Positions 14,781 through 35,865 of a stretch of 64,000 nt of DNA are shown piece after piece. The DNA comes from Sminthopsis crassicaudata (taxonomy: Eukaryota), in NCBI RefSeq assembly GCF_048593235.1, contig NC_133617.1:7693607-7757606 (forward strand), written 5' to 3'. The notes beneath the pieces are model-generated. The model worked only from the letters and a program-made list of their open reading frames with translations, was not told the DNA's origin and ran no database searches. Each line of letters starts with the position of its first letter. The stretch's first letter is position 1. The position numbers were made by a program, and so were the translations under genes.

Positions 14781-14888
14781 GCAAAGCCTTCCCTCATTTA
14801 AATCCAATTCATTTGCATGTCATCACATCACCTTCCTGATGTCATGATCCCATGGTCCTTTTTGAAAATGAAGGATAAAACAACAACT
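14780..14888 (-). mobile_element. RTE-related SINE fragment (WALLSI/Mar3-like)
   Basis: catcaccttcctgatgtcatg...gaaaatgaaggataaaacaacaac. Confidence 0.5.
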
Positions 14889-15064
14889 TCTGTGAGCAGA
14901 GCTGCCCCAATAGAATTTCAACTGAAGCTGGGAAACTCTTCCTTCCTTCCTTCTTCTTTCCTCTCTTCTGTCCTCTCATCCTTCCTCCCTGCCTTCCTCC
15001 CTTCCTCCTTCCTCTCTTCCTCCTTCCCTCCCTTCCTCCCTTCCTTCCTCTTTTCTTCTTCCTT

Positions 15065-15586
15065 NNNNNNNNNNNNNNNNNNNNNNNNNNNNNNNNNNNN
15101 NNNNNNNNNNNNNNNNNNNNNNNNNNNNNNNNNNNNNNNNNNNNNNNNNNNNNNNNNNNNNNNNNNNNNNNNNNNNNNNNNNNNNNNNNNNNNNNNNNNN
15201 NNNNNNNNNNNNNNNNNNNNNNNNNNNNNNNNNNNNNNNNNNNNNNNNNNNNNNNNNNNNNNNNNNNNNNNNNNNNNNNNNNNNNNNNNNNNNNNNNNNN
15301 NNNNNNNNNNNNNNNNNNNNNNNNNNNNNNNNNNNNNNNNNNNNNNNNNNNNNNNNNNNNNNNNNNNNNNNNNNNNNNNNNNNNNNNNNNNNNNNNNNNN
15401 NNNNNNNNNNNNNNNNNNNNNNNNNNNNNNNNNNNNNNNNNNNNNNNNNNNNNNNNNNNNNNNNNNNNNNNNNNNNNNNNNNNNNNNNNNNNNNNNNNNN
15501 NNNNNNNNNNNNNNNNNNNNNNNNNNNNNNNNNNNNNNNNNNNNNNNNNNNNNNNNNNNNNNNNNNNNNNNNNNNNNNNNNNNNNN
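15065..15586. other. N-run inside a CCTT/CTT microsatellite
   Basis: 522 N flanked by pyrimidine microsatellite on both sides. Confidence 0.95.
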
Positions 15587-16999
15587 CTCTCCCTTCTCTT
15601 CCTTCCCTCTGTCCATAGGGGGTACCATACTCTTACCTACAGATGTTCTTGAAAACTTTTTCTTTAGGATTGCTGAACCCTCTCAAGATAGCTTGGGATT
15701 TGCTGACTAGAATTCTTTCTTAATGATCATGTCTTAAATCAAAACCACTCTGATGTTCACTGATTGGCCAAGAATAGATCTCAGATCAAGACCCCAGATC
15801 AGAGTTTGAGGCCTGATCCACTCTGAGTGAATGTAGAAGTAGCAATCAGGTACCAGCAGCTCCCCCCCTCCAGCACCCTCCCCCAGGTACCAGCAGCTCC
15901 CCCCCTCCAGCACCCTCCCCCAGGTACCAGCAGCTCCCCCCCTCCAGCACCCTCCCCCAGGTACCAGCAGCTCCCCCCTCCAGCACACTCCCCCAGCCAG
16001 CTCCGCCCCCTCCTGCACCCTCCGGCTACCTGGGAGGGCTGTGAGGCTCAGCGAGGGGCCATGGGCAACGGGCTTTCCAGCATCCGAGTTTTTCTGGCCG
16101 CTGTTACCGGGGTTTCTATCGAGGGCTGAGTGCGAAGCCGCTCGATAGGGCCTGAGGGGGCCGGGAGAGACATTTGGGGGGGAGAAAGCAGTGGGGGGCG
16201 GCAGCTCCAGGAAGGGGGAAGTGGGGGAAGGAGGAGGGGGGCGGGGACACCCCCCCATCAGTCTCCAGAGGAAGCAAGAGGAAGGAGGGGCAGAGCTGGA
16301 AGCTCACCCCGTCCAATTTGCAAACCCGTGTGCACAAGCTCCCCTGCAATCCACACCCGTGTGCACACACGGACACGCGCTCCCCTGCAATCCACTCCCG
16401 TGTGCACGCACGGACAGGCTCTCCTGCACGCACACACCTGCACAAATGTACCTCCTTCTACAACGCGCGCATGAGCCCATGCACAGACTCCTCCAACGCG
16501 CACACCGTGCACCCGCACTCACTTCCCTCCACACAGGCGTACAGGCTTCCAGGCTAGCGCGCGGCGGCACTGCGGAACACGCGGCACATCCAGCCGGGAA
16601 ATGGGCCGAAAAGAAGGAAGGGGGGGTTCAGGGAGGGGGGAAAAGTCCCGCTGAGCTAAAACTTGTGGGGGTGGAGGGCCTGGGGGAAAGGGAGACAAGG
16701 GCTAAGAAGTGAGCCCGCGCTGGGGATGAGGAAGAGAGGCCCCCCTCCTGTTCTCCCCCCTCCCCCCAGTCTATGAGGAGACAGCGGCCCCGGCCCCGGC
16801 TTGGGCTGCAACTTGCTCCCCACAGACACCGGGGGTGCCAGAAGAAGCCCTTTGGGGGCCGCTGCCGCGCTTCTCGTTTTTCACCAGCTGGTTTATGGAA
16901 AGGTTTTTTCTTTCTTTCTTTTTCAGTTGGGAATTGGGAGGGAGAGAAGGGAGATTTCTGCCCATTGGAGAAATGAAAGTTTAAATTGAATGCAAATTG

Positions 17000-17720
17000 G
17001 CTAGTTGAGGCAGGCCGGGAAACCTTATACCAGTCTTGTTTCCAAGGCAAACAAGGAATTGATTGAAGTTTATAAACAATCGGAGCTGGATTTCCCAACA
17101 ATCAATGGCCGAGGAACACCAACAGGTTTTTTTTTTGTTTGTTTGTTTGTTTTTTGCGGAGGCATTTGGGGTTAAGTGACTTGCCCAGGGTCACACAGCT
17201 AGGAAGTGTTAAGTTTCTGACCCCGGATTTGCGCTCAGGTCCTCCTGACTTCAGGGCTGGGGCTCTATGCACGCATCGGCAGTGTTCTAAAGAGCAAAAA
17301 CCAAGCTCGCCATCACTATCTGTATTTTAAAAAAACTCTCCTGGAGACATGAAAATTGGCGCAGCTCTAAGGTTCTCTCTCCTGCCTCTCAAGATGGGCC
17401 AAGCTGACCACAAGGGAAAATGACGAATGCTGGAGGATTTGTGGGAAAACAGCACATTGACATGCGCCTGACAATGAACTGGTCCAGCTCTTCTGAAAAC
17501 ATGGAGACCCGGCCCAGCACATTTTATAACCAAAGATTCCAAAGAAAGAGCAGTTTGTGCACAAACACATTTTTACTCTTATCGTTTTTGGGGTGGGAAA
17601 AATCCTGGAAACTGGGGGGGGGTCAGCTAGGGAACGGTCACGTGAGTTTATGGTTATTACTTTCTGTCAGGAAGGATAAAGGAAGTGTCAGAGAGATAGG
17701 AGAAGATCCACATTCAGTGA
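17000..17720 (+). mobile_element. L1 ORF2 3' fragment with inserted WSINE1 (~17128-17270, minus)
   Basis: gggaaaatgacgaatgctggaggatttgtgggaaaacag and aactggtccagctcttctgaaaac match recalled L1 ORF2 C-terminal coding sequence. Confidence 0.7.
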
Positions 17721-17739
17721 ATTGAACAGAAAAAGAACG

Positions 17740-18120
17740 ACTTTAATGACTTTATTTTCAAAATACACGTAACGATAGTTTTCAACATTCAGCCTTGCAA
17801 GACCTTGTGCTCCCAATTTTTCTCCCTCTCTGCCCCTCAGCCCCATTCCCTTGAGTAATCGAATATAGGTTAAACATGAGCATTCAAGAAGAACTATTGA
17901 TAAAATAAAAGCAACAACGCAAACTTGGAAAGACTGAAAAACCCGGCCGGACGCAGCGACCAATCGTGATGTCAAAGGCTCTTCCTGCTGCCAGAGGTGG
18001 GAGACTGGGGGCAGAATGCTGCCTCTGTCTATGTCTTACAAGGAATTGCTTTGCCTCTCTTTCCCTTCGAGGACAGAAAAAATGTTTAACAGAAGCCAAC
18101 AGAAGGCATAAAGCCAAATA
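17740..18120 (-). mobile_element. L1 3' terminal fragment
   Basis: ttttattttcaaaatacac..gatagttttcaacattc..ccttgcaagaccttgtgctccc. Confidence 0.65.
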
Positions 18121-18329
18121 AATATGCTCCTGGGCTGCCTCAAGCTATGTGGTGGCTCAGCACTGAACGGTGGTCCTTTTATCCCCCACCCGCACCCCAG
18201 GAGGACAACAGTGCAGAAAGGAGTCGCGTTCAGCTTGCAGCCCCTTCGGGAGAGCCCAGAGATTTCGGGGGCAATGACTGGAGCTGCCCGGCGGTAACCG
18301 TGGCAAGTGGCTTCAGGTTCTCATTGGTT

Positions 18330-18815
18330 TTCATTTTTTTGCTGAAGCAATTGGGGTTAAATGACTTGCCCAGGGTTACACTTCTAGGAAGTATAAAGTG
18401 TCTAAGGCTGGATTTGAACTCAGGTCCTCCTGCCTTCAGGGCTGGCGCGCTATCTACTGTGCCATCTAGCTGCCCCTTCTCATTGGTTTTTATATCCATC
18501 TCCCAGCAGATTGGAAGAATAAGTAAGTTACTGGAGCTGTTTTCATGCATTTTCACCTGTGTATTCTTTGTTGTTTCATTATCTTCAGTCCTGTCTGACT
18601 CTGAGACCTTCTTTCTGGGGGTTATCTTGGCAAAGATACTGGAGAGGTTTGCCATTTTCTTCTGTGGCCCATTTTACAGATGAGGAAATTGAGGTAGACT
18701 CAATTAAATGACTTGCCCAGGTTCATACAGCTAGTAAGTGTCTGAGGCTGGATCTGAACTTAGGTTCTCCTGACTCCAAGCCCAACGTCTACCTACTGTG
18801 CCGCTAAGCTGCCCT
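18330..18815 (-). mobile_element. WSINE1 (18330-18477) followed by MAR1-type SINE (18620-18815)
   Basis: Two CORE-SINE consensus matches in antisense. Confidence 0.8.
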
Positions 18816-20355
18816 ATTATATCCTGGGAGTGTCCTGATCTTTAGCACTTCTGTATAGGAAATAAAGGCCCATCCTTCATACTCACTGGAGGCTGACACA
18901 GAGCATGGAGCCTGCCCTCACAAAGAGCCGAGTTCAAATGTGGCCTCAGATGCTTCCGAGCTTTGAGAACTCGAGGCAAGTCAGTCGGCCTCATCAAAAC
19001 TGGTGCTGGGATGGCACCCACCTGGCAGGGTTGCGAGGCTCGAGGGAAATTGCATCTGCAGCGCTTTGCGGACCTTCGGGTGGTTTGCAGACATGTGCTA
19101 TTCTTAGCAAGGACCCTCATCTTTCCTTTTTGCAAAGATCTGGACAAGCTTTGCCAGGGGTGGGATTGGGGCCCTGGAGCCCAGGGGCACGGAGCAGGAA
19201 GGGGGGTGCCCTGGCCCAGCCTCCTGGGCCACCTCTGCGGGTCTGCGGAGAGGAAGCGGCAGCCTCCTATGCCCATTTCTGGTCTTCTGGAGAGCGTACC
19301 CTTTGGAAGTGTTCTGTCACAAATTGCTCCTCTCCTCTGGCCCATTCCCTGGAGACGGCTCCCGTGGCTGGGCAGCCGGGCCCCTTGGGATACCCCAGAG
19401 GAGGCCAGAATGCCGGGGATCCACAGGACGACGGAGTCCGTGTGGGCCCAGAGAGCCGGCGAGAGCGATCTCCACCTCGAGGGACGTCCTCCAGGAAACC
19501 CAAGAGCCGGGCTGGAAGGCTGAGCTCAGGGGGTGACTGCCCTCCTCTGATGGGTGAGGAACTTGCCCAGGGTCACACAGTGAACCTCAATGCCTCCCAA
19601 GGAGACGGGGTGGTGACGTGGCAAGTCAGGCCCTCCATCAGCTCCTACAGAATGGGATCGTCGCCACTGCCTGTGAGTCTGAGGCCGGGCCCCATTCCGC
19701 CTCCACGGCCCCCACTCAGCCGGGTTCCCCTGGGGAGAGAGAGGGGCTGGGGTGGGCACCATTCCCTGGGGAGAGGCTCTCAGGACAACCGGGCCTGGAA
19801 TCCCAGGAAGAGACAGGGCTCAGAGCCCTGGAGGGCAGCGGAGAGCCTGTGCCCCCATGGAGGAGCTGGAGACAATGGGCGCATCTTTGAGAGCTACAGG
19901 AACTGCACTGAGAAGCTGCTTCTTACTTTAGGCACGCGCGTGACTTATCACTTGTTTATGTGGAGCATAAGTCGGGAAGTCCGCCAGCAGCAGCCAGAGA
20001 GGGGGGCCAGAGGCTGGAGAAGGAGGCCGAAGGCGAGGGGAGGCAGGCAGAGATGGGAGGCAGAGGGCACCGCGCACAGGAAGAGGCCGGAGGGGACCCT
20101 AAGAAACAGGCCAGAGAAGGGCTGTCCGAGAATTCAGGCCCACGGAGGAGAAAAGAGGAGCCAGGAGAATCCCGGCCGAAGAAACATAGGAAGGGCCAGA
20201 GGCCGCAGGAGATTGGACCAGATGGCCCAGGGCCAAGGAATGGGGCTCAGAGGCTGGAGGACAACAGGAGAGTCTGGGAGCGTGACTCAGAGGAGGCAGG
20301 CTCCCAGGGGGCGGCTTGGGATCCCAGCCAGCCCTACGCTGGGGGCTTCCTGTGG

Positions 20356-20711
20356 NNNNNNNNNNNNNNNNNNNNNNNNNNNNNNNNNNNNNNNNNNNNN
20401 NNNNNNNNNNNNNNNNNNNNNNNNNNNNNNNNNNNNNNNNNNNNNNNNNNNNNNNNNNNNNNNNNNNNNNNNNNNNNNNNNNNNNNNNNNNNNNNNNNNN
20501 NNNNNNNNNNNNNNNNNNNNNNNNNNNNNNNNNNNNNNNNNNNNNNNNNNNNNNNNNNNNNNNNNNNNNNNNNNNNNNNNNNNNNNNNNNNNNNNNNNNN
20601 NNNNNNNNNNNNNNNNNNNNNNNNNNNNNNNNNNNNNNNNNNNNNNNNNNNNNNNNNNNNNNNNNNNNNNNNNNNNNNNNNNNNNNNNNNNNNNNNNNNN
20701 NNNNNNNNNNN
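20356..20711. other. N-run adjoining a GA/GACA microsatellite
   Basis: 356 N followed by gacagagacagag repeats. Confidence 0.95.
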
Positions 20712-21341
20712 GACAGAGGTGGGGACAGAAACAAAGACAGAGACAGAGAAGCACAGAGAGGCAGAGAGACAGAGAGACAGAGAGAGAGAGAGACAGGCAG
20801 GCAGACAAAGATAGAGACAGAGAGAAGCACGGGCTGCTGTCGGGGCTAGCCAGGCCAGACTGGGCCCCGTCCTTTGTGGCCATTTGAAGCTTCCTGTTTG
20901 GAGAGTGGCCAGCGCCCCCTGGGACCAGCTGATCCCCCCCCCCTTGTCTATTGCTGGGGTCCTAGGGTCCCAGCCCCGGCCCTTTCCCCTCCCCCTGCCT
21001 AGCCCCCTCCCTCTGTGGCCCCCTCCTGTGCAGCCCCCCCCCCCCCCCCCGCGGGCCCACCACTTCGGGGGACGTCTGTTCGGGATCAGGGCTGGAGCAG
21101 GGTGCTTTCCAGATGTGGGGGAGGGGGCAGGGGCAGGCTGCCCCTCGGCTCCCCCCCTCCTTACTCAGAGGGGGGTGGGGAGAGAGGGAGAGAGAACAAA
21201 AGGCAGGCTGGGTGCCGGTGGCGGGGGGCAGGGCCAGGCGCGATTGGCGAGGCGGGGAGGGGGGCAGAGCCGGGGAGAGGGGGGCCGCGGGGAGGGGAGG
21301 GGGGAGGGAAGGCTCCCGGCCCGCTGGCTGGGGGGGGGGGA

Positions 21342-21367
21342 GGGGCGGGCCGGGCTGAGCCTATAAA
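21342..21367 (+). promoter_or_regulatory. MMP11 core promoter: GC box and TATAAA
   Basis: ggggcggg at ~21342, TATAAA at 21362-21367, 59 nt upstream of the ATG, within a CpG island (~21100-22600). Confidence 0.7.
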
Positions 21368-21425
21368 GGGCGGCAGTCACCCCGGCTCCGGGCCCGCCCC
21401 GCAGGCCCCTGGCGCCCGCCCCGGG

Positions 21426-29908
<8,483 letters not shown>

Positions 29909-30854
29909 GCCCCGGCCCGCCGCCGGCGGCCTTTTGGGGGCTGGCCTCCCACGGACGAGCCCGAGCCGGCAGCGCTATTTATTGGGGCGTGAAGATGAAG
30001 GCCGGGCCGGGCCTCGGGAGCCTGGGAGCCGGGGCGTGGAGGCAGAGGCCGGAGGCCATGCTGGTCGTGGCCCATGTTGTCAGCCCTGTCCGCCATCGTC
30101 CGCAGGTGACCTTGAAGACTCTCCACCTGCCCCACTGCAGACTCCACCCCTGAGAGCTGCCCCCCTATGCCCCCGTCTGGCTTCTGTCCCGGAGGATGTC
30201 ATGGGGGGCCATGGGGGGCTTCCCCTTCCCGAGTCCTTATGCCTTTGCTTTCCGGGGGAGCTACTCCTTTCTTCCCTCCATTCCGGCCCTCGCCCCAACG
30301 TCTCCCCTGCAAAGGGCACGTTCCTCCAAGCCGTGGATCCCGGCCCAGGCGGGCTCGTGATCTCGGGCTGGGACGCGGCCCTCACCATAGAGACGCCCCT
30401 GCTTCCCGTAGCCCCAGGGCCCTCCTCAGGGCGTCGTCTCCCTGGAGCTCCAGGACAGGGGTCAGGGCGTCGCCTCGGACCCTGCGCTCCGTTTTCTGCC
30501 CTTCCTCTTCCTTCCTGCTGAGCCAAAGACACCGAGTCACTTAGCACCCTTAGCAGGACCTGCCAGGCGCGGGCCCCTGACCATTGGGCCGCCCTGCCTG
30601 TGCCCTGCCGGCTTCTGAAGACCCTCCCCAACTGCAGGCTCAGGACACGTGGTTCTTTGTGGCCAGGGCCTTGACCTCCAGTGGCAGCTGCAGTGGAGAG
30701 CAGGGCCCCTCCCACCAAGGGTGCTTGTGCCATGGACCCCCAGAGGCGGAGCCCAAAGCAAGCCTGACCCTCCTGAGGGCCAGCACGGGGCTGACTTCAG
30801 GGGACCTGACTCTGGCCCCCTCCCCGAGCAGGCGGTGCATCCCGGGCGGCTGGA

Positions 30855-31875
30855 GCCAGCTGGGGACGGCCCCCGCCAGGTACCCCGCCGGTCAGGCTGC
30901 CGGGCCCCCTCCTCGCCAGCTGGGGACGGCCACCGCCGGGTACCCCGCCGGTCAGGCTGCCGGGCCCCGTCCTCGCCAGCTGGGGACGGCCCCCGCCGGG
31001 TACCCCGCCGGTCAGGCTGCCGGGCCCCGTCCTCGCCAGCTGGGGACGGCCCCCGCCGGGTACCCCGCCGGTCAGGCTGCCGGGCCCCGTCCTCGCCAGC
31101 TGGGGACGGCCCCCGCCGGGTACCCCGCCGGTCAGGCTGCCGGGCCCCGTCCTCGCCAGCTGGGGACGGCCCCCGCCGGGTACCCCGCCGGTCAGGCTGC
31201 CGGGCCCCGTCCTCGCCAGCTGGGGACGGCCCCCGCCGGGTACCCCGCCGGTCAGGCTGCCGGGCCCCGTCCTCGCCAGCTGGGGACGGCCCCCGCCGGG
31301 TACCCCCGCCGGTCAGGCTGCCGGGCCCCGTCCTCGCCAGCTGGGGACGGCCCCCGCCGGGTACCCCGCCGGTCAGGCTGCCGGGCCCCGTCCTCGCCAG
31401 CTGGGGACGGCCCCCGCCGGGTACCCCGCCGGTCAGGCTGCCGGGCCCCGTCCTCGCCAGCTGGGGACGGCCCCCGCCGGGTACCCCGCCGGTCAGGCTG
31501 CCGGGCCCCGTCCTCGCCAGCTGGGGACGGCCCCCGCCGGGTACCCCGCCGGTCAGGCTGCCGGGCCCCGTCCTCGCCAGCTGGGGACGGCCCCCGCCGG
31601 GTACCCCGCCGGTCAGGCTGCCGGGCCCCGTCCTCGCCAGCTGGGGACGGCCCCCGCCGGGTACCCCGCCGGTCAGGCTGCCGGGCCCCGTCCTCGCCAG
31701 CTGGGGACGGCCCCCGCCGGGTACCCCGCCGGTCAGGCTGCCGGGCCCCGTCCTCGCCAGCTGGGGACGGCCCCCGCCGGGTACCCCGCCGGTCAGGCTG
31801 CCGGGCCCCGTCCTTGCCAGCTGGGGACGGCCCCCGCCAGGTACCCCGCCGGTCAGGCTGCTGGGCCCCGTCCTC
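30855..31875. repeat. 60-bp GC-rich VNTR, 17 copies, probably within the MMP11 3'UTR
   Basis: gccagctggggacggcccccgccgggtaccccgccggtcaggctgccgggccccgtcctc repeats with line-length periodicity; one copy has an extra C near 31305. Confidence 0.97.
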
Positions 31876-31929
31876 CCCCGTGTCCAGTATGTAGCGCATC
31901 TTTTGTACCACTGGGCCGTCCATTTGACA

Positions 31930-31935
31930 ATTAAA
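31930..31935 (+). terminator. ATTAAA, candidate MMP11 poly(A) signal
   Basis: First AWTAAA I see after the stop; context caattaaatgcggcctgtttttct resembles the recalled human 3' end (cattaaacacagttgttttct). Confidence 0.55.
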
Positions 31936-33730
31936 TGCGGCCTGTTTTTCTATCGGACCTGTCCGGCCTCCTTCTTGGGCATGCCCTGGGCTTCCTTTCT
32001 GGCTCTTCGGAACCCTTCTTGATGCCCAGGACACAAGGGATTGCCCACAGTCGCCCGATCAGTGCCAGTTCTAGGGGGTGGAACTTGAGTCCAGCTCTCG
32101 TCTGATGTCGGGAAAGGGAGCTCAAGTCTCCGACCCTGACTTAGGTGGTGCTGCTGGGCCGGCCCCCAGACGTCTCTGAGCGGGGTCCTCATCTGCACAT
32201 GGGCGGCTGCCCCTCCTCCCTCCCAGGAGGCCGAAGGGGCCTTTATCCTCCTGTCTGTTATCCGTCCTGGGAACGCGGCCCTTGGCCAGACCTCGAAAGA
32301 GGCTGACGAAAGCCTCCAGAGGTCGGACAGAGAATGGGAGGCCGAGAGGGGTAGGGCTTGGGTCCCCATCACGGCCAGTTCCTTGGGGCTCAGAAGTGGC
32401 CTTTGGACTCAGATACTTTGGTCCCCACGGCCCGTCTTGGCCCGGCAGGCGGAACAGCCTTGCCCAGGGCTGGGGGCAGCGGAGGCTCCGACACAAGAGG
32501 GTAGCCTGGCACTAAAGTCTGCAGGGCAGGTGGGCCCTGGGCCTGCGAGTGAGAGACAACGTGAAGTCCTCTCCTTGGGCCCAAGAAACCACCTCCCCAG
32601 GATAAGGCGGGCAGCCAGCGGTCCTCGGTTTTCCCGTGGTCCTGAGCCCCTGGGGGCTATGGGAACAGGAACTCCCGTGGAAGCGGGGGAGGCACCGCTT
32701 GGCACCCGGTCCCTTCTGAAGGGCCGCCGGGAGTCCGCTCCCCAGGGGGACCCCGGGCTCACCTCCAGAAGCCGGAGCCCAGGCTGGGCTGGGCTGCGAC
32801 CACGAGGAGACAAGGCTGGCTTGGGGAGAGCTGACTAGGCAGGCCCGCTTCGGGGGCTGGGCGGGCGCGGGGAGCCCGAATACCCGACGGGGCCAGATTC
32901 TGAGATCTCCGAACGCGCCCTCCAACGGGACGGGCTGCTCCCGTTCTCTGCAGGTGCAAGCCCTGTGGCCCTTCCACTGCGCCGGCTGCCTTCCCTGCCC
33001 ACTCCCGCCCACAGCGGGAGCCCGGGGAGTCCTGTCCCTGCGGACCAGCCAGGCTTTTCCTCCTGCACCCTAGCCATTATCTGCCATCGTCCTCTTCCGG
33101 TGCTCTCCCAGCATGCACCTCCACTGCCGCTCTACATGCAAGGGCGAGGGGAGGCTCTGTGGGAAGGGACGTGGCCGAGGGGAGGCTCTGTGGGAAGGGA
33201 CGTGGCCATCCCCGTGGTGTCCCCCCAGCCTCAGCAGAGAAAAAGTGAAAAACTAGGAGGAGGAGGAGGAGGAGGAGGCCGCCCTGGAGCCATTTATCAA
33301 GAGAGTGGAGCTGGCTGGAGGAAGGCCCTGCCATAGTCACCTGGAAATTGCATTTCCAGAGCCCGGGGGTGTGCCCGCACTCGGGATCCTCACAAGCACC
33401 TTCCCGGGCACAGGGACCGGGAGCAGGGTCCCTCAGCTGGTGCCCAAAGCAGGCTCGCGGCCCCACGCCAGAGGCTCGAGCTGCCGGCTACAATGGAACG
33501 GCGCCTTAGGAGGGAAGGGGGGGGGCTGATGGGCCTTTTGGCTCATAAAGGAGAAGCCTGTGAGCTAAAACTCCCTGACAAAAGTGGGGTGACAGAAGGG
33601 GCCCAGCGAGGCACGCTGAGCGCTCTGGGATGCAGGTAGGAGGATGAGAAATGGAAGAAAAATGCAAAAGAGCTGCAGAAAGCGCCACCCTTGGCCCTCT
33701 TGTGCCCCATGAGCCTCTGCAGAGGAGAGG

Positions 33731-34680
33731 CCCAAGATGGCCGGGGCTGAGGCTGCTGGAGGCCGGGACTCCCTGCGCGTGGTCCAGCCTCCGACACTTC
33801 CCATGTAGGACCCTAGCCAGTCCTTCCCGAGATGGCCGGGGCCGAGGCTGCTGGAGGCCGGGACTCCCTGCGCTCGGTCCAGCCTCCGACACTTCCCATG
33901 TAGGACCCTAGCCAGTCCTTCCCGAGATGGCCGGGGCCGAGGCTGCTGGAGGCCGGGACTCCCTGCGCTCGGTCCAGCCTCCGACACTTCCCATGTAGGA
34001 CCCTAGCCAGTCCTTCCCTAGATGGCCGGGGCCGAGGCTGCTGGAGGCCGGGACTCCCTGCGCTCGGTCCAGCCTCCGACACTTCCCATGTAGGACCCTA
34101 GCCAGTCCTTCCCGAGATGGCCGGGGCCGAGGCTGCTGGAGGCCGGGACTCCCTGCGCTCGGTCCAGCCTCCGACACTTCCCATGTAGGACCCTAGCCAG
34201 TCCTTCCCGAGATGGCCGGGGCCGAGGCTGCTGGAGGCCGGGACTCCCTGCGCTCGGTCCAGCCTCCGACACTTCCCATGTAGGACCCTAGCCAGTCCTT
34301 ACCGAGATGGCCGGGGCCGAGGCTGCTGGAGGCCGGGACTCCCTGCGCTCGGTCCAGCCTCCGACGCTTCCCATGTAGGACCCTAGCCAGTCCTTCCCGA
34401 GATGGCCGGGGCCGAGGCAGCTGGAGGCCGGGACTCCCTGCGCTCGGTCCAGCCTCCGACACTTCCCATGTAGGACCCTAGCCAGTCCTTCCCGAGATGG
34501 CCGGGGCCGAGGCTGCTGGAGGCCGGGACTCCCTGCGCTCGGTCCAGCCTCCGACACTTCCCATGTAGGACCCTAGCCAGTCCTTCCCGAGATGGCCGGG
34601 GCCGAGGCTGCTGGAGGCCGGGACTCCCTGCGCTCGGTCCAGCCTCCGACACTTCCCATGTAAGACCCAGCCAGTCCCTT
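33731..34680. repeat. 95-bp VNTR, 10 copies, unit resembling a CORE-SINE head
   Basis: ORF-track repeats are offset by 95; unit contains ctggaggccggg...tccagcctccgacacttcccatgtaggaccctagccagtcctt. Confidence 0.95.
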
Positions 34681-35099
34681 GGGTTTCCTCCGCTCTCAAT
34701 CCAACATCAGGCCCTCCCTCCCGGGGTCTGGCCCAGGGCGGGCACAGAACCCCTTCAGACTTGGATGCTCTTGGAGCCCTTCCTGCTCCCCGAGTCGCCA
34801 TCTGCCCCGTGCGTCCTCCCTTGCCAGCCTCTCCCAGGCGGCTCCTGTGGTTTGCTCCTGGGAACCTGGCCTCCCTCTGGGATCATCCCTCAGTCTGCAG
34901 CTGCACTCTTGGCCTTGGTCCCCGGAGAAGTGGCTGCTGTGTGGGCACTCTTGGGGTCACCAGAGAGAGCCCCCGGGCCCACATCACTGTGATTCCCATC
35001 CATCCTCAGCCGGTGAGCTTAATTCACTTTCAGCAGAGGGTTTTACTGTAATTTTACAGTAAGAACAGTTGTTTATTTTTCAAAATTAAAGCCTTTTCG

Positions 35100-35865
35100 T
35101 TTTCCCTGAGGCTGGAGTTAAGTGACTTGCCCAGGGTCACCCAGCTGGGAAATGTTAAGTGTCTGAGGCCGATTTGAACCCAGGTCCTCCAGACTTTAGA
35201 GCTGGTGCTCTAGCCACAAGCCTTTTATTTTCAAAACATGCAAGGATGATTTCTCACCGTGGCCCCGGGCAAAACCTTGGCTTCCCACCCCCTCCCCCAC
35301 CCCCTCCCCTAAATGGCAAGTAATCCAATATGTGTTAAACACAGGAAACAAACAAACAAACAAACGCAAATCCAACGTGGGCATATTGTACCGTTATATC
35401 TCTGCACAAGAAAAATCAAATCAAACGGGGAAATGAGAAAGAAAATAAAATGCAAGCGAACAACCCAGAGAGAGGGAGGGTGCGGGGCTGGGCTCGGCTC
35501 AGCTCCCCCGCTCTCTCGGGGCTGCTCCAGCTCAGCACTGCTCTGCTGATTTGGCTCCTCTCATGGTTGGAGAGGCCGCGGCCATCAGAGCTGATCCTCA
35601 CCCAGTCTCCTTGTGGATGTATACAACGATCTCCTGGCCCTGCTCACTTCCCTCAGCGTCACCTCCTGTGGGTCTCTCCAGCCTCTCGGAAATCCTCCCG
35701 CTGGTCATTTCTTCAGAGCAGTAACATTCCCCAACCTTCGTAAAACATAACTTATTCCCATAATGTCTCCAATGGATGGGCATCCCCTCAGTTCCCCGTT
35801 TCTGCCACCACACACAGGCCGCCACAGACATTCTTGCCCGTGTGGGTCCCTTTCCCTCCTTTAAG
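35100..35865 (-). mobile_element. WSINE1 (35100-35215) plus L1 3' end (35220-35865), GC-shifted
   Basis: SINE consensus, then ttttattttcaaaacatgc...ccctgctcacttccctcagc...gatgggcatcccctcag...ggtccctttccctcctttaag. Confidence 0.8.

Noticed and set aside
30584-32034. 436-457 aa Pro/Gly/Arg-rich ORFs
   Set aside because: Translations of the 60-bp VNTR; no splice or homology support.
33506-34801. Series of near-identical 84-140 aa ORFs (MSEAGPSAGSPG...)
   Set aside because: One ORF per 95-bp repeat unit, not a gene family.
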